Below, piece by piece: positions 11,865 to 23,611 of a stretch of 64,000 nt of DNA (position 1 is its first letter; every line of letters begins with the position of its first letter). A program made the position numbers and the translations under genes. Source of the DNA: Bacilli bacterium (lineage in GTDB: Bacteria > Bacillota_I > Bacilli_A > RFN20 > CAG-826); contig JAZQOV010000006.1 of NCBI GenBank assembly GCA_045628045.1, positions 150,006-214,005 on the forward strand. The letters run 5' to 3'. The notes under the pieces were generated by a model that saw only the letters and a program-made list of their open reading frames with translations, made no database searches and was not told the DNA's origin.

Positions 11865-12631
11865 TTATTTCCCTCCTTTCTTGAAGTCATCATAACTTCA
11901 CTTTCTATAGAATCTGGTCTTTCTTGAGCGACGAATAAACATGTTAAGAACACGAATACCATCGTCTGAACAAAGCCAGAGAATAGATCAAAATATGCGT
12001 GTAACACTGGTGTTAAGATTGGAACCAATAAAATTTGGTTCGCTCCACCAGGAATAAAGCTAAATATAGAAGCAGACAATGATTCAAGTCCACCATTTAA
12101 TAAACCAAGTAAAACCCAACCAACAATCGCATTGCCAAACATACGAAGTGTCATACTTAAAAGTGGGGCCCACATTGAAAGTAAGTTGATTGGTAAGAAA
12201 ACTGGGAATGGATCAATATAACGTTTGAAATAACTCCATTTCGTATAACGAACCGACGTAGCGTGAATCAAAATAAACGTCACTAACGTAAGCGTTAAAG
12301 GGACCGCTAATGAATTCATTGGAGAAGGAAGCCCTACAATTCCGATTGTGAAACTCAAGAATAAGAATGGAATCATTGCTAAAAGATAACCACCAAAGTT
12401 TTCAAAACCTGGTCCCATTACATCTTTTACAAAGGCATCAAGTTTCTCAACAGCCCATTCAACTAATTTAAGAAGTCCTCTAGGACGTTTAAGTGGATCT
12501 GCTCTTTTTGCAAGGATTCCAACGATAATGGCAAGTACAATTAAAACAGCGATAATTGCTAAAGCAATAATCACTTCACCAGATGGATTAAATGATTTAT
12601 ATGTTTCTGGATTAGTGTACTTGTCCATCAT
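11861..12631 (-). CDS. atpB: Fo subunit a
   Basis: SMTLRMFGN, FVQTMVF; operon position. Confidence 0.94.
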   Translation of the reverse strand: MMDKYTNPETYKSFNPSGEVIIALAIIAVLIVLAIIVGILAKRADPLKRPRGLLKLVEWAVEKLDAFVKDVMGPGFENFGGYLLAMIPFLFLSFTIGIVGLPSPMNSLAVPLTLTLVTFILIHATSVRYTKWSYFKRYIDPFPVFLPINLLSMWAPLLSMTLRMFGNAIVGWVLLGLLNGGLESLSASIFSFIPGGANQILLVPILTPVLHAYFDLFSGFVQTMVFVFLTCLFVAQERPDSIESEVMMTSRKEGNK

Positions 12632-13028
12632 TTCCTCCTTTAAACTTTAGTTGAGTGATAATCGTTACAAATACTGATGGGAAGAATGCGATGATAAATC
12701 CCCAGCATGAATAAGTAAAAACCTCGATGTGAAGTTTGTATTGAAAAATAACAAGCATTGCGAAAAGACCTACAAACAAAATCATTCTTCCGAAATACGA
12801 AAGAAGATAAATACCAGTTTTAGAGTCTCTAAGTGTAGCAGTTGATGAGACTTGAGTTAAAAATACACTCACAAGACTAGCGAACCCTCCAAAAGCAACT
12901 CCAATCATCCAACCAGGTTGTTTGAAAAATAAACCAATTGTAGAAAGGGCTAATAAAATAACGGAAATTATTCCGGAAAGTAATAATGTTGCTTGAAGCT
13001 CTGATAACTTTGTTAAATATCTTTTCAT
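12612..13028 (-). CDS. atpI: AtpI-like membrane protein
   Basis: Four hydrophobic helices, SYFGRM, first gene of atp operon; start re-placed at MKRYL. Confidence 0.7.
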   Translation of the reverse strand: MKRYLTKLSELQATLLLSGIISVILLALSTIGLFFKQPGWMIGVAFGGFASLVSVFLTQVSSTATLRDSKTGIYLLSYFGRMILFVGLFAMLVIFQYKLHIEVFTYSCWGFIIAFFPSVFVTIITQLKFKGGNDGQVH

Positions 13029-13057
13029 AATACATATATTATGTATGTGAATAAAAT

Positions 13058-13090
13058 AAAAAGTCAACGATTAATCGCTGACTTTTTAAT
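13058..13090 (-). terminator. Intrinsic terminator after pfk, overlapping the atp promoter -35 (TTGACT)
   Basis: aaaaagtcaacgat-taatcgctgacttttt hairpin with A/T tails. Confidence 0.65.
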
Positions 13091-13107
13091 TTTTATATGT
13101 GTGTGAA

Positions 13108-14307
13108 TTAAGCTTTGACCTTTTTGAGGACAGTTGATTTAATAACGCCATCTTCCATTTGAACTTTAATTTCGCCTTGGATAAGTGGGAATAAGTAGTC
13201 CTTAAATTCTTTGGTCATGTGTCCTGGATCTTTGACCCATTCTACTGGAACTTTTTGTTCAACGTTTGCAATCTTTTTAATGTTAACTGCTTTGTAACTT
13301 ACTTTGTAAGGATTTGTAGAAACACGTTTAATTGCAATCATTTTTCCGGTCATTCCATTAACAGCTTTTTTAACTGCAAGAGAACCACATTTGAGTGCCT
13401 CTTTTTGGTCAACTTTTGATGTTAAGAATGAATAAGCTCTTTGTGGAAGTGAAAGTTCAATTGCTCTAATTTTGTAACCAAATTTTGATTCAACCATTTT
13501 TGCGAGTTCTGCACCTGCACCACCGAGTTGAGCGTGTCCGAATGAGTCATATTTGACGTTGGACATATCTCTTTCAAATTCAATACCTTCACTGACTGCA
13601 ACAATGGCGTTGCCTTTAGCCTCATAAAGGTCATGAACTTTTGAAAGGAAATCTTCGATATCAAGTTTTTGTTCTGGGAGGTAAATTAAGTCTGGTCTTA
13701 AGCCTTCTGGGAGAAGATCAACTGCTGCTGTTAACCAGCCTGCATTTCTACCCATAATTTCGATGACGTAAACCTTACCTTTTTTGTAACAAACTGCATC
13801 AATAATTATTTCTTTAACTGTGTTAATAACATATTTTGCAGCACTTGGGAAACCTAATGAGTGGTCTGTTTCTGCGAGGTCATTATCAACTGTTTTTGGA
13901 ACGCCCATAACCTTGATATCAAGGCCTTTTTCCTTGCAGAGTTTTGAGAGTTTCATGCAAGTGTCCATTGAGTCATTTCCACCATTGACAAAGACATAAC
14001 CGATATCATGTTTTTTGCATGTTTTTAAGATTGTTTCGTATTCTTCATCATGGAAATCTTTTGGAAGTTTATGACGTGATGTTCCAAGAATTGAGCCTGG
14101 AGTTTGAAGAAGCAAATCAAGTTGTTCTTGGTCTTCTTTTCCAAGGTCAATAATGTTGTCGGTTAATAAACCCTCAATTCCATTGAGTGATCCGTAAATA
14201 TGTCCGATTTCTGGATGTTTTCTTGCTTCCATAATAGCACCATAAAGTGATGTATTAATGACGGAAGTTGGTCCACCAGATTGGATATAAACCATATTTT
14301 TTGCCAT
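13108..14307 (-). CDS. 6-phosphofructokinase, PPi-dependent type (Pfp-like)
   Basis: QSGGPT, GGNDSMDT (Asp at the specificity position), PKTVDND, EIMGRNAGW. Confidence 0.9.
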   Translation of the reverse strand: MAKNMVYIQSGGPTSVINTSLYGAIMEARKHPEIGHIYGSLNGIEGLLTDNIIDLGKEDQEQLDLLLQTPGSILGTSRHKLPKDFHDEEYETILKTCKKHDIGYVFVNGGNDSMDTCMKLSKLCKEKGLDIKVMGVPKTVDNDLAETDHSLGFPSAAKYVINTVKEIIIDAVCYKKGKVYVIEIMGRNAGWLTAAVDLLPEGLRPDLIYLPEQKLDIEDFLSKVHDLYEAKGNAIVAVSEGIEFERDMSNVKYDSFGHAQLGGAGAELAKMVESKFGYKIRAIELSLPQRAYSFLTSKVDQKEALKCGSLAVKKAVNGMTGKMIAIKRVSTNPYKVSYKAVNIKKIANVEQKVPVEWVKDPGHMTKEFKDYLFPLIQGEIKVQMEDGVIKSTVLKKVKA

Positions 14308-14415
14308 TTTAAATATCTCCTTTAAATTAGCTTAACTTTTTAGGTTAATTTCTAAATCGTTTATAATTTTACTAAATTATATTTAGATGTAAAGACAATT
14401 TAGCAAATTATTTAA

Positions 14416-14429
14416 TGCAAGCGATTACA
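14416..14429. promoter_or_regulatory. cre/LacI-family operator-like palindrome between divergent pfk and the uridine-kinase-family gene
   Basis: aaTGCAAGCGATTACAtt resembles TGWNANCGNTNWCA (1 mismatch). Confidence 0.45.
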
Positions 14430-14494
14430 TTTTTATTGAAAATTTGCGCACGCTCTTGTATGATTATTTCACTCGCATAAAAGGAGAAATTGCT

Positions 14495-16132
14495 ATGTCA
14501 TTTACAATTAAATACCTCAATCAAGAGAAAGTTTTTGACAAAAAAGTCCAAGTTCTCGACCTTTTAGAAAAAGGTAATAGAGACGTCATTTGTTGTAGAG
14601 TTAACAATAAGTTAAGAGAACTCACTTACTACGTTGAAGAAGACGCAAAAGTTGAATTCCTCACAATTAAGGATGAAGACGCAGCAAAGATTTATGAATC
14701 AACCGTTAGATTCATTGCTGTTATGGCATTTGCTCGTTTATATCCAATGCTTAAAGTGAGATTAACACGTAACGTTTCACGTTCAACATTCATTCAAATT
14801 TTGAATGAAGGTGCTGTTACAACATCAAAGATGAGAGATGAAATTGAAGCAGAAATGAAGAAAATCATTGCTGCAGATTTCCCACTCGTTCGTCATAGCT
14901 ATGAAAAGAAAGAAGCAGCTCAAATCTACTCAAAGATGGGCTTAGAAGACAAACTCGAAGCTCTTGAATACCGTCCAGAGAAGTCAGTTCATTTATATGA
15001 ATGTGATGGTTATTATAACTACCTCTTCTCCAGAATGGTTCCATCAACTGGTTATATCAAAGACTTTAAACTTAATCTTTATGTTCCAGGTTTAATTCTT
15101 CAAACCCCAAGAAGCGAATGTAAAGGTGAAATCCCAGAATTCGTTGATGCTCCTACCTATGGTAAGACACTTAAACAAGCACACGTTTGGGCAAAACAAG
15201 TCAATGCTGAAACAGTTGTTAAAATTAATGAACACATCCACAAAGATGGTGTCATTGATTTCATTCAACTTTGCGAAGCAAGACATAACAGAATGCTTGC
15301 TGAGCTCGGCGAAATCATCGAAAAGAACGAAGATATTAAAATCATCTGTGTTGCAGGTCCATCAAGCTCAGGCAAGACAACGTTTGCAAACAGATTAAGA
15401 ATTGAACTTATGGCTCGTGGTTTAAAACCAATCAGAATTTCAATGGACGACTACTACCTCACAAAGGCACAAGCTCCAAAAGATGAAGATGGCAAACCAG
15501 ATCTTGAATCAATCGAAGCTCTCGACATTGAATTATTCAATCAAAACATGCTTGACTTAATCAATGGCGAAGAAGTTCAACTTCCAAAATTCGATTTCAA
15601 AGTTGGACACCGTATTCCAGGTAGAAAACTTAAAGTTGGTAAAGGCGAACCAATCATCATCGAAGGTATTCATGCCCTCAATGATCGTATGACAAGCCTC
15701 ATTCCAAGAAATCAAAAATTCAAAATCTTTATTGCTCCACAAGCTCAAATTAACTTAGATAACCACTACCCAATTTCAACAGTTGACTTACGTCTACTTC
15801 GTAGATTGGTTCGTGATTACAAGTTCAGAGGTGCTTCCGCAGAAGAAACGATTGGTATGTGGCCAAGCGTCAGACGTGGAGAATTCCGTTGGATTTATGA
15901 AACTCAAGAAGGTGCAGACTTTGTCTATAACTCAATGCTCTCATATGAACTTTGTGTTATGAAAAAGTATGCTCAACCACTTCTTGAAGCAGTTGAATCT
16001 GAATCAGTGTACTTCCCAGTCGCTGAAAGATTACTCCGCATGCTCAAATACTTTGATGACATGCCAGATGAATGGGTTCCATGTAACTCTCTTATGAGAG
16101 AATTCATTGGTGGCTCATGCTACGCTGACTAA
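14495..16132 (+). CDS. Uridine kinase/PRK family protein with N-terminal TGS and ThrRS-editing-like domains
   Basis: AAGGAG RBS before ATG 14495; AGPSSSGKTT, SMDDYY, IIEGIHALN. Confidence 0.88.
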   Translation: MSFTIKYLNQEKVFDKKVQVLDLLEKGNRDVICCRVNNKLRELTYYVEEDAKVEFLTIKDEDAAKIYESTVRFIAVMAFARLYPMLKVRLTRNVSRSTFIQILNEGAVTTSKMRDEIEAEMKKIIAADFPLVRHSYEKKEAAQIYSKMGLEDKLEALEYRPEKSVHLYECDGYYNYLFSRMVPSTGYIKDFKLNLYVPGLILQTPRSECKGEIPEFVDAPTYGKTLKQAHVWAKQVNAETVVKINEHIHKDGVIDFIQLCEARHNRMLAELGEIIEKNEDIKIICVAGPSSSGKTTFANRLRIELMARGLKPIRISMDDYYLTKAQAPKDEDGKPDLESIEALDIELFNQNMLDLINGEEVQLPKFDFKVGHRIPGRKLKVGKGEPIIIEGIHALNDRMTSLIPRNQKFKIFIAPQAQINLDNHYPISTVDLRLLRRLVRDYKFRGASAEETIGMWPSVRRGEFRWIYETQEGADFVYNSMLSYELCVMKKYAQPLLEAVESESVYFPVAERLLRMLKYFDDMPDEWVPCNSLMREFIGGSCYAD

Positions 16133-16142
16133 TTAGTAAAAT

Positions 16143-16175
16143 AAAAAGTGAACTCAATGGGGTTCACTTTTTTTA
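16143..16175. terminator. Bidirectional intrinsic terminator
   Basis: aaaaagtgaactc-aatg-gggttcactttttttt between convergent genes. Confidence 0.8.
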
Positions 16176-16190
16176 TATCTTTTTTTATGA

Positions 16191-17669
16191 TTAGAGTTTG
16201 AATTGCTGTGCACTTTGTACAGCTTTTTTCCAGCCTTTTGCTAAAGCAACAGCTTCTTTTTTCTCCATCTTTGGAGAGAAAGTTTTTTGGAAATTATGGC
16301 AAGACTTAATGTGGTCAATATCTTTAAAGAATCCAGATTCAAGACCTGCTAAATAGCAAACGCCTAAAGCTGTTGATTCAAGGCAACATGGTTTAGCAAT
16401 TTCAAGTTGAAGAATATCGCTTTGGAATTGCATCAAAACATTTGAATTTGTAGCACCACCATCAACTTGTAATGATTTAATGCTAATTTGAGATTCATCC
16501 ATCATGACGTCAAAGACGTCTTTAGATTGGAATGCAATTGATTCAAGAGTTGCTAAAACAATGTGATTTCTTGTGGTGCCTCTTGTCATACCAAAGATTG
16601 AACCACGAACATCATCATCCCAATAAGGAGTGCCGAGTCCAACGAATGCTGGAACAAAGTAAACTCCACCAGTATTTTCAACCTCTGATGCTAAAACATC
16701 ACAATCCGAAGCTTCTTTAATAATTTTGATTCCATCACGGAGCCATTGAATTGCGGCTCCTCCAATGAAAACTGAACCTTCTAAAGCGTAAGTTGTTTTG
16801 CCATCTAAAGTCCATGCAATTGTGGTCAAAAGTCCTTTACGAGAAAGAATTGGTTTTGAGCCTGTATTCATGAGCATAAAACAACCTGTTCCATACGTGT
16901 TTTTGCACTCGCCAGGTTTAAAACATGTGTGCCCAAACAAACTTGCTTGTTGGTCGCCAGCAACACCTAAGATATGAATATTTTTATAAAAATATTCAAG
17001 TTTACCAAAATCATGTTTTGAATCGTGAACTTTCGGAAGCATTTTCTTAGGAATATTAAACATTTTTAATAGCTCATCATCCCACTTTAAATCAAAGATA
17101 TTAAAGAGCATTGTTCTTGATGCGTTTGTTGTATCAGTTGCGTGAGTTTTTCCGTTTGTTAATTTCCAAATAATCCAGGTGTCAATTGTGCCAAAAAGAA
17201 GATCTCCTTTTTCAGCTTTTTCTTGAGCACCTTTTACTGCATCCAAGATAAACCTAATTTTTGACGCAGAGAAATATGGATTAATTAGTAATCCGGTTTT
17301 GTTATGAATTATTGTTTCTTTCTTTGAAAGTTTTTCACAAATTGGAAGTGATTGACGAGATTGCCAAACGATTGCGTTATAAATTGGTTTTCCACTCTTT
17401 TTATCCCAAACAACTGTCGTTTCTCTTTGGTTAGTGATTCCAACTGAATCAATCTCATCCCATTTGGCGTTTGCTTTAATTAAGACGTTATTAGTAACGT
17501 CTACAACTGAACTCCAAATCTCTAGAGCATCAGCCTCTACATAACCTTCTTTAGGGTAAATGAGTTTTATTTCTTTTGAGGCACTACAAACAATTTCACC
17601 TTTTTTGTTAAAAAGAATGGCTCTACTTGAAGTTGTGCCTTGGTCTATTGAAAGGATGTATTTTTTCAT
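16191..17669 (-). CDS. glpK: Glycerol kinase
   Basis: [29 protein letters not shown]. Confidence 0.97.
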   Translation of the reverse strand: MKKYILSIDQGTTSSRAILFNKKGEIVCSASKEIKLIYPKEGYVEADALEIWSSVVDVTNNVLIKANAKWDEIDSVGITNQRETTVVWDKKSGKPIYNAIVWQSRQSLPICEKLSKKETIIHNKTGLLINPYFSASKIRFILDAVKGAQEKAEKGDLLFGTIDTWIIWKLTNGKTHATDTTNASRTMLFNIFDLKWDDELLKMFNIPKKMLPKVHDSKHDFGKLEYFYKNIHILGVAGDQQASLFGHTCFKPGECKNTYGTGCFMLMNTGSKPILSRKGLLTTIAWTLDGKTTYALEGSVFIGGAAIQWLRDGIKIIKEASDCDVLASEVENTGGVYFVPAFVGLGTPYWDDDVRGSIFGMTRGTTRNHIVLATLESIAFQSKDVFDVMMDESQISIKSLQVDGGATNSNVLMQFQSDILQLEIAKPCCLESTALGVCYLAGLESGFFKDIDHIKSCHNFQKTFSPKMEKKEAVALAKGWKKAVQSAQQFKL

Positions 17670-18940
17670 AACCTTGTGTTAAGTAACCTTTCAATATCAT
17701 CAATTTCTTTTATAACGCCTTCAGAAAGAACTTTTGATCCTTCTTCAGTGATTAAGATGTCATCTTCAATTCTTACACCAATGCCAAGATCTTTAAAATA
17801 AAGACCTGGTTCACATGTAACAACATTGCCTGGTACAAGTTTGGTATTTTTGCTTACTGCTCTATCTCTTCCATCATGTGTATCAAGACCTAAATGATGA
17901 GAAACTGAGTGGTAATAAACTTTTCCTATTTCATCTTTAGATGAAATTAATCCTTTTTCGAAGCATTCTGATGCTAAGAAATTCTTTGCAAATTCATTTG
18001 CCTCATTTAGTGTAATTCCTGGACGCATAAATTTAGCGGTTTGTTTATTACAATTTAAAACAATTTCATAAATGATTCTTTGTTTTCCGATGAACTTACC
18101 ACTAACTGGATAAGTACGTGAAATGTCAGCGCAATAAAATTCATTTGCTGCACCAACATCAAATAAAACCAAATCTCCTTCTTTTACAACACTCTTTTGT
18201 TGTGGATAATGAAGCACAACAGCATTACTTCCCGCTGCAACAATTGAGTCAAAAGCGGTCTTTGAATCTTGAACTTCGCTTATAGCGAACTCAAATTCAT
18301 TACGTAAATTATATTCGTGTTTACCGGCTCTAAGATTACTTAGAACTGTCTTCAAACCTAAATCTGTTGTTTGAATTGCTTCGCAAATCATTTCAATTTC
18401 AGCTTCAGATTTGACTTCTCTCATTTCCATAATTATGTCATGAACATCGCTTACGACAATCTTGTGAGAGACTTCTAATTCTTTTTTATAGTTTTGAGTG
18501 GATTTGCATTCACCGATTTTAAGTTCGTTTTCAAGATCTAAATAAAATTTAGAAATTGGTTCTGAATCAGCTGAATTTGCAGAGAAAAATGCAAGCATTT
18601 TACCATCAAAATTTGATCTAACTTCAACATTTTCAATTCCGGAAATAACTTTAGCATCAGAAAGAGTCATTCTGTAGCCAGTCCATTTCTCTTTCATTTC
18701 ATCTTTTTCTTCTACAAATAAATAAGTGAGTTTTTCACCATTATTTCTTATTAATAAAAGGATAGAGTTTTCTTGAGAAATTCCAGTTAAATAGTAGAAA
18801 TTCTTGTTTACAACAAACTTATAGTTTTCATCTGCAGATGCTTTTTTGCCAACACCTGAAAATAAAATGGTGACTGAGTTGTCATCTAAAGCATCAAACA
18901 ATTTATTTCTTCTTAATGTGTATTCATTGCTATCAATCAT
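17666..18940 (-). CDS. pepP: Xaa-Pro aminopeptidase (M24B)
   Basis: [42 protein letters not shown]. Confidence 0.92.
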   Translation of the reverse strand: MIDSNEYTLRRNKLFDALDDNSVTILFSGVGKKASADENYKFVVNKNFYYLTGISQENSILLLIRNNGEKLTYLFVEEKDEMKEKWTGYRMTLSDAKVISGIENVEVRSNFDGKMLAFFSANSADSEPISKFYLDLENELKIGECKSTQNYKKELEVSHKIVVSDVHDIIMEMREVKSEAEIEMICEAIQTTDLGLKTVLSNLRAGKHEYNLRNEFEFAISEVQDSKTAFDSIVAAGSNAVVLHYPQQKSVVKEGDLVLFDVGAANEFYCADISRTYPVSGKFIGKQRIIYEIVLNCNKQTAKFMRPGITLNEANEFAKNFLASECFEKGLISSKDEIGKVYYHSVSHHLGLDTHDGRDRAVSKNTKLVPGNVVTCEPGLYFKDLGIGVRIEDDILITEEGSKVLSEGVIKEIDDIERLLNTRL

Positions 18941-18944
18941 ATTT

Positions 18945-19538
18945 CTACCTTCTATAAACTTTCTTGTTTCCTAGTAACTCAATTGTGGAGTGAGGAAATG
19001 AATTCGCTAGTATTTCACCACTATTTTCATCTCCAAGTACATCTACACTAATTTTATCCTCATATTTAACATTTTCAAAGGAAAAACCATAAGTTTTTCC
19101 AATTCTTTTCAAATCATCAAACTCTTTGTAAGTTGTAACAAGCTTATAAACGAACCTATTTTGGATCTCAACAATGTCCGCAGAACTTACAACTTGAACA
19201 CCAGTTTCAAGATAAGTAGACATAAGTCTAGATGCTCCAAGAAGAACACCTCCAAAATATCTCACAACAATCAAAAGAGTTTCGTCCATTTCTTTCTTTT
19301 CAAGTAACTCAAGAAGTGGTCTTCCTGCAGTTTTAGCAGGTTCACCATCATCAGAACACTTTTTCTGACCACCAATTACATAAGCATAGCAATAATGTTT
19401 TGCTTTTGGATATTGCTTCCTAATATCTAAAAGATATTGTTTTGCAGATTCTACACTTGTAACGTGGATTAAAACACCAATAAAAGATGATTTATCTCTA
19501 ATTAAAGTAATTTCATTTCTTTCTAAAATGGTGTTCAT
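18945..19538 (-). CDS. YigZ/IMPACT family protein
   Basis: KSSFIG, HYCYAY, DDGEPAKTAG, RYFGGVLLGA. Confidence 0.92.
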   Translation of the reverse strand: MNTILERNEITLIRDKSSFIGVLIHVTSVESAKQYLLDIRKQYPKAKHYCYAYVIGGQKKCSDDGEPAKTAGRPLLELLEKKEMDETLLIVVRYFGGVLLGASRLMSTYLETGVQVVSSADIVEIQNRFVYKLVTTYKEFDDLKRIGKTYGFSFENVKYEDKISVDVLGDENSGEILANSFPHSTIELLGNKKVYRR

Positions 19539-19620
19539 TGGAATTAATTATACAATTTTTCAAAGAAAAAAGATATAATATAAAACAATAGATTTTGTTT
19601 ATTAATTTAAGGAGTTAGTT

Positions 19621-21678
19621 ATGTTTAAAGTCAAATCTCTTCTTGGTCTTGTTTCGGCCATATCTTCAATAGTAACTTATGTAAAATATGACCCTGAAGC
19701 TAAAATAAATGAGAATTTTAAACTTTCTGTAAATACTTTTGGAAATGAAGAATCTAGTTTTGACACCATAAGTTGGTTTGAAAATGATGACGAATATTCA
19801 CTTTTTTTGCCATCAGATGTAGATAGAAGTTCTCTTAAGATTTATTTTTCTGGCGCTGAAACAATTGAAATCGGAAATACAACCTTGCATTCTGGAGACA
19901 CCACAAATGTTTTCGCAGGAAGCGATTCATATTCAGTAAAAGTCGGAAATAATTCATATTCAGTAAAAATATTCCAATCAGAAAATATTCCATCAATGTT
20001 TTTAGAAACAAAAAAACCATTAGACTATATTAATGAAGATAAAAACAACAAGACAACTGCTAAAATTCGTACATTCGAAAATGGAGAAATGACCCTTGAT
20101 TCTGAATTAAAACAAATTAAAGGGCGTGGTAATTCAACATGGAACCATCCTAAAAAACCTTATAATATAAAATTTGATAAAAAGACCTCATTGCTCGGAA
20201 TGGAGAAAGCCAAAAAATGGACGCTTTTAGCAAATTATCTTGACCCAGTTGCCAGTAAGAATGCTATAGGGTGGGAATTAGCTAAATATTTTGAGCAAGA
20301 TTTTATTCCGGATTATCGATATGTTGATTTGTACATCAATAATGGCTATTACGGAAATTATATTGTTTGCGATCCTGTAGAAATCGGCGAAACAAGAATT
20401 GATATATTCGATCTTACAAAAGCAACCGAAAAAGCTAATGATGATGCAGATTTAGAAACATTCCCAATTGAATCTATGGAACCATTCAACAAACTTGCTA
20501 GAGCACAATGGGTTAATATTCCAAATGATCCAATAGATATAACTGGCGGCTATCTCCTTGAATGCGATTATCATGCTAGAGCCAGGAGCGAAGTGAGCCA
20601 TTTTGTAACCTCTAGACAACAACATATTACAATAAAGGAGCCAGAATATGCTTCAAAAAAGCAAGTTGAATATATTGGAAACTTTTTCCAGGAAGCAGAG
20701 GACGCTCTTGTAAGTCCAACTGGATATAACAATCACGGCAAACATTACACCGATTATTTTGATATTGATTCACTTGTAAATTTCTATATTTTGCTTGAAT
20801 TATCTGCGAACTCAGATGGAGGCATTTCATCAACTTTCTTTTATAAAGATAGGGGAGGAAAACTTTGTGCTGGGCCTCTTTGGGATAATGACTCAGCATT
20901 TGGAAACCTCGGCATTGCAAATAGAGTTACAAATACTGACCCAAGTCAATGGATTGTTAATCAGAATTATTACCAATACGATGATACTCCAGTAAATGAA
21001 TTACCGACAATTTACACAAGATTGTTTAGACTTCGTTCTTTTAGAGATAAAGTATGCGAAAGATGGAGCGAAATTAGGAACAATTTAACAGCAACTGTTA
21101 TAGATGAAACTGTTACTTCGATTCAAGAAATTACCAATAAATCTGTTTTAATAAACAGTTATAGATGGTATGGCGCAACAAACGAAGTAACTGCCAACTT
21201 ACTTTTTAACTTATCTAAGGATTTTTTAACTACCAGAATAAAATACTTTGATATCGGATTTTCTAAGCATGCAGCTTACTTATTCTATGATGTAAATGGC
21301 GGAAAAGGATACTGCGTTGAAAATAAAATAATGAGAGATGGACAATTTGTACTAGCAAATGGTCCTTATAACTCAGACATGAGAAAGATTACTAATGTTG
21401 ATAATATTTTTGGTGTTTATGAAGAAATAATTACCCCGATCAAACCTCCAAAAGACGACATGGTCTTTGTTGGATGGAACACTAGAAAAGACGGTAAGGG
21501 AAAAATGTATCGTCCAGGCGATCCAATCTTTATGTATGGCACCACCACTTTATACGCTCAATGGAAAGTCGCAACTGGAGATGAAAAAGATTACAATGAA
21601 CCAGGGCTTTTAGATAATCCTATCATTGAATTCTTGGGTTCAGTTCTTAATGCATTAAAACTTGTTTTAAATAATTAA
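19621..21678 (+). CDS. CotH-kinase family exported protein with a C-terminal InlB B-repeat-like domain
   Basis: KGRGNSTW..PKKPY.IKF, WTLLANYLD, GPLWDNDSAFG; FVGWNT...TLYAQW. Confidence 0.85.
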   Translation: MFKVKSLLGLVSAISSIVTYVKYDPEAKINENFKLSVNTFGNEESSFDTISWFENDDEYSLFLPSDVDRSSLKIYFSGAETIEIGNTTLHSGDTTNVFAGSDSYSVKVGNNSYSVKIFQSENIPSMFLETKKPLDYINEDKNNKTTAKIRTFENGEMTLDSELKQIKGRGNSTWNHPKKPYNIKFDKKTSLLGMEKAKKWTLLANYLDPVASKNAIGWELAKYFEQDFIPDYRYVDLYINNGYYGNYIVCDPVEIGETRIDIFDLTKATEKANDDADLETFPIESMEPFNKLARAQWVNIPNDPIDITGGYLLECDYHARARSEVSHFVTSRQQHITIKEPEYASKKQVEYIGNFFQEAEDALVSPTGYNNHGKHYTDYFDIDSLVNFYILLELSANSDGGISSTFFYKDRGGKLCAGPLWDNDSAFGNLGIANRVTNTDPSQWIVNQNYYQYDDTPVNELPTIYTRLFRLRSFRDKVCERWSEIRNNLTATVIDETVTSIQEITNKSVLINSYRWYGATNEVTANLLFNLSKDFLTTRIKYFDIGFSKHAAYLFYDVNGGKGYCVENKIMRDGQFVLANGPYNSDMRKITNVDNIFGVYEEIITPIKPPKDDMVFVGWNTRKDGKGKMYRPGDPIFMYGTTTLYAQWKVATGDEKDYNEPGLLDNPIIEFLGSVLNALKLVLNN

Positions 21679-21680
21679 TC

Positions 21681-22412
21681 ATGGAAGAGAATAGAACTAG
21701 AAATTTTGAACCTATTGAGATTGAACCAGGCAGACAAGTTGCCTTATTTTTGACTGGTTGGTTAGGATTTCAGTTAATGGCAATGTTATTGCAATTTATT
21801 TTTCTTGCAATTTTTAAGTACATTCCAGATACAACAAATAGTCTTTTTAACATGACAGTAAATTGTACTGCCTATGCTCTTCTATTTACTGCTTTACTAT
21901 TTATAGTAACACCTCTAGCATTTAAAGACTTATTAAAAGGATTTAAAAAGCTTACTCCTTATGTCGCTGGAATTGCTTGTTTAGTTGCTATTCTTTCATT
22001 CAATTTTGTCTATGGAATCATTTTAAGTTTCATTAAAGTTCCAGTTAGTGACAATGTGAACGAGCAAAACATTGAAACAATGACAAAGATGTATTTCTTA
22101 CCATCACTTATTTTCTTTGGGATTATTGGTCCTGTGTGTGAAGAATTAACCTACAGAGTAGGTTTGTTCTCACTTGGAGCACGTAAATCAAAATTCCTTG
22201 GTTACATTATTACCATTGTTGTATTTGCATTTATTCACTTTAATTTCGAACCAGATTCATTAGTAAATGAGCTTTTAAACTTACCTTATTATGCGTTCGC
22301 TGCACTAGCATTTTCATTTACATACGATAAATTTGGTTTTGCAGGTTCTGTCACAGGCCACATTCTAAATAATTTACTTTCAATTGTTTCAACATATTTA
22401 TTAACAAGATGA
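21681..22412 (+). CDS. CPBP (Abi/CAAX) family intramembrane metalloprotease
   Basis: PVCEELTYR, FAFIH, HILNN. Confidence 0.9.
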   Translation: MEENRTRNFEPIEIEPGRQVALFLTGWLGFQLMAMLLQFIFLAIFKYIPDTTNSLFNMTVNCTAYALLFTALLFIVTPLAFKDLLKGFKKLTPYVAGIACLVAILSFNFVYGIILSFIKVPVSDNVNEQNIETMTKMYFLPSLIFFGIIGPVCEELTYRVGLFSLGARKSKFLGYIITIVVFAFIHFNFEPDSLVNELLNLPYYAFAALAFSFTYDKFGFAGSVTGHILNNLLSIVSTYLLTR

Positions 22413-23251
22413 AAAAACAATTTTCGCTTCGTTCATTAACAGGTTTTTCTTTAAAAATAATCGCCATGATATCAATGACTTTTGATCATCTTGGTATTTT
22501 TGTGCCTTTAATTGATTCACCATCATCCTCTGTAATAGCAGACATATTTCGTGCAATAGGCCGACTTGCATTACCTCTTTTCATCTTTTTAATTTCAGAA
22601 GGTGTTAGACACACTAAAAATGAGAAAAAGTATTTACTTCGACTTGGAATACTAGCTTCAACTTATCTTATTGGACAATTATTTATTTATCTTTTAGCAG
22701 AAGAGGCAATTACTTCTCCAATTATTGATTTATTGCTAACTGCAATTACTTTAATTTTATTAAAAAGAAAAGATAAATTTTCATTTTTTGCAATACTTCC
22801 AATTGCATTCTCAATTCTTACTTTTGTGATTATAAATGTTAACCCGAATATCAAATGGGTCCCATTTATTTTAAGACCAGATTATTCGCTTTTTAGCATG
22901 CTTCTTGGCCTTGGATTTTACTACGCTAAACCAATAAGCATTTTCCTTCTTAAAAATAATCCAAATACTGCTAACTTAGTAGATACTTCATATCAAAGAT
23001 ATGCTGAGTCAATTATATCTGCTATTTTTGTTGTGGTATTATCTGGAATTTTCTACATTACTTTCTTAACTTTAGGAGTAAGTTATTCAGTGATTCCGGC
23101 ACAAATATTTGCAATGCTTTCGTGCATTCCAATTTTGTTTTATTCAGGAAAGCGTGGTTATAACGCTAAATGGTTTCAAATTGGTTGCTATATTTATGTT
23201 CCAACGCATTTGATTTTGATTGCAATTCCTTTCTTGCTAATATGTTTATGA
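22409..23251 (+). CDS. TraX-family membrane acyltransferase
   Basis: LKIIAMISMTFDH, IGRLALP.F..EG..HT, YSGKRG, Y.YVPTH. Confidence 0.85.
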   Translation: MKKQFSLRSLTGFSLKIIAMISMTFDHLGIFVPLIDSPSSSVIADIFRAIGRLALPLFIFLISEGVRHTKNEKKYLLRLGILASTYLIGQLFIYLLAEEAITSPIIDLLLTAITLILLKRKDKFSFFAILPIAFSILTFVIINVNPNIKWVPFILRPDYSLFSMLLGLGFYYAKPISIFLLKNNPNTANLVDTSYQRYAESIISAIFVVVLSGIFYITFLTLGVSYSVIPAQIFAMLSCIPILFYSGKRGYNAKWFQIGCYIYVPTHLILIAIPFLLICL

Positions 23252-23260
23252 GGTGAAGAT

Positions 23261-23560
23261 ATGATTAAGCACTTAGAAAAAGCCGAAGATTTTGAAAAAG
23301 AAGTACAAGGCGAACTTGTCGTTGTTGATTTTTACGCTGACTGGTGTGGACCATGCCAAATGCTTGCACCTGTTCTTGAACAACTTGATAAAGAAACAAA
23401 TATAAAAATTGTTAAAATTGACACAGATTTAGTTCCAGAAATTGCCAGAATGTTTAGAGTTATGTCAATTCCAACACTTCTTTTATTCAAAAACGGAAAA
23501 TTTGTAAAAAAAGATCTTGGTTACATGCCAATTGAAAGACTTAGAGAGTTCATTAAGTAA
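23261..23560 (+). CDS. trxA: Thioredoxin
   Basis: DFYADWCGPC, MSIPT. Confidence 0.96.
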   Translation: MIKHLEKAEDFEKEVQGELVVVDFYADWCGPCQMLAPVLEQLDKETNIKIVKIDTDLVPEIARMFRVMSIPTLLLFKNGKFVKKDLGYMPIERLREFIK

Positions 23561-23611
23561 AAAACTCTTTAATAAATTAAATCAGTGTGATATTATTTTT
23601 CTCGCTGATTA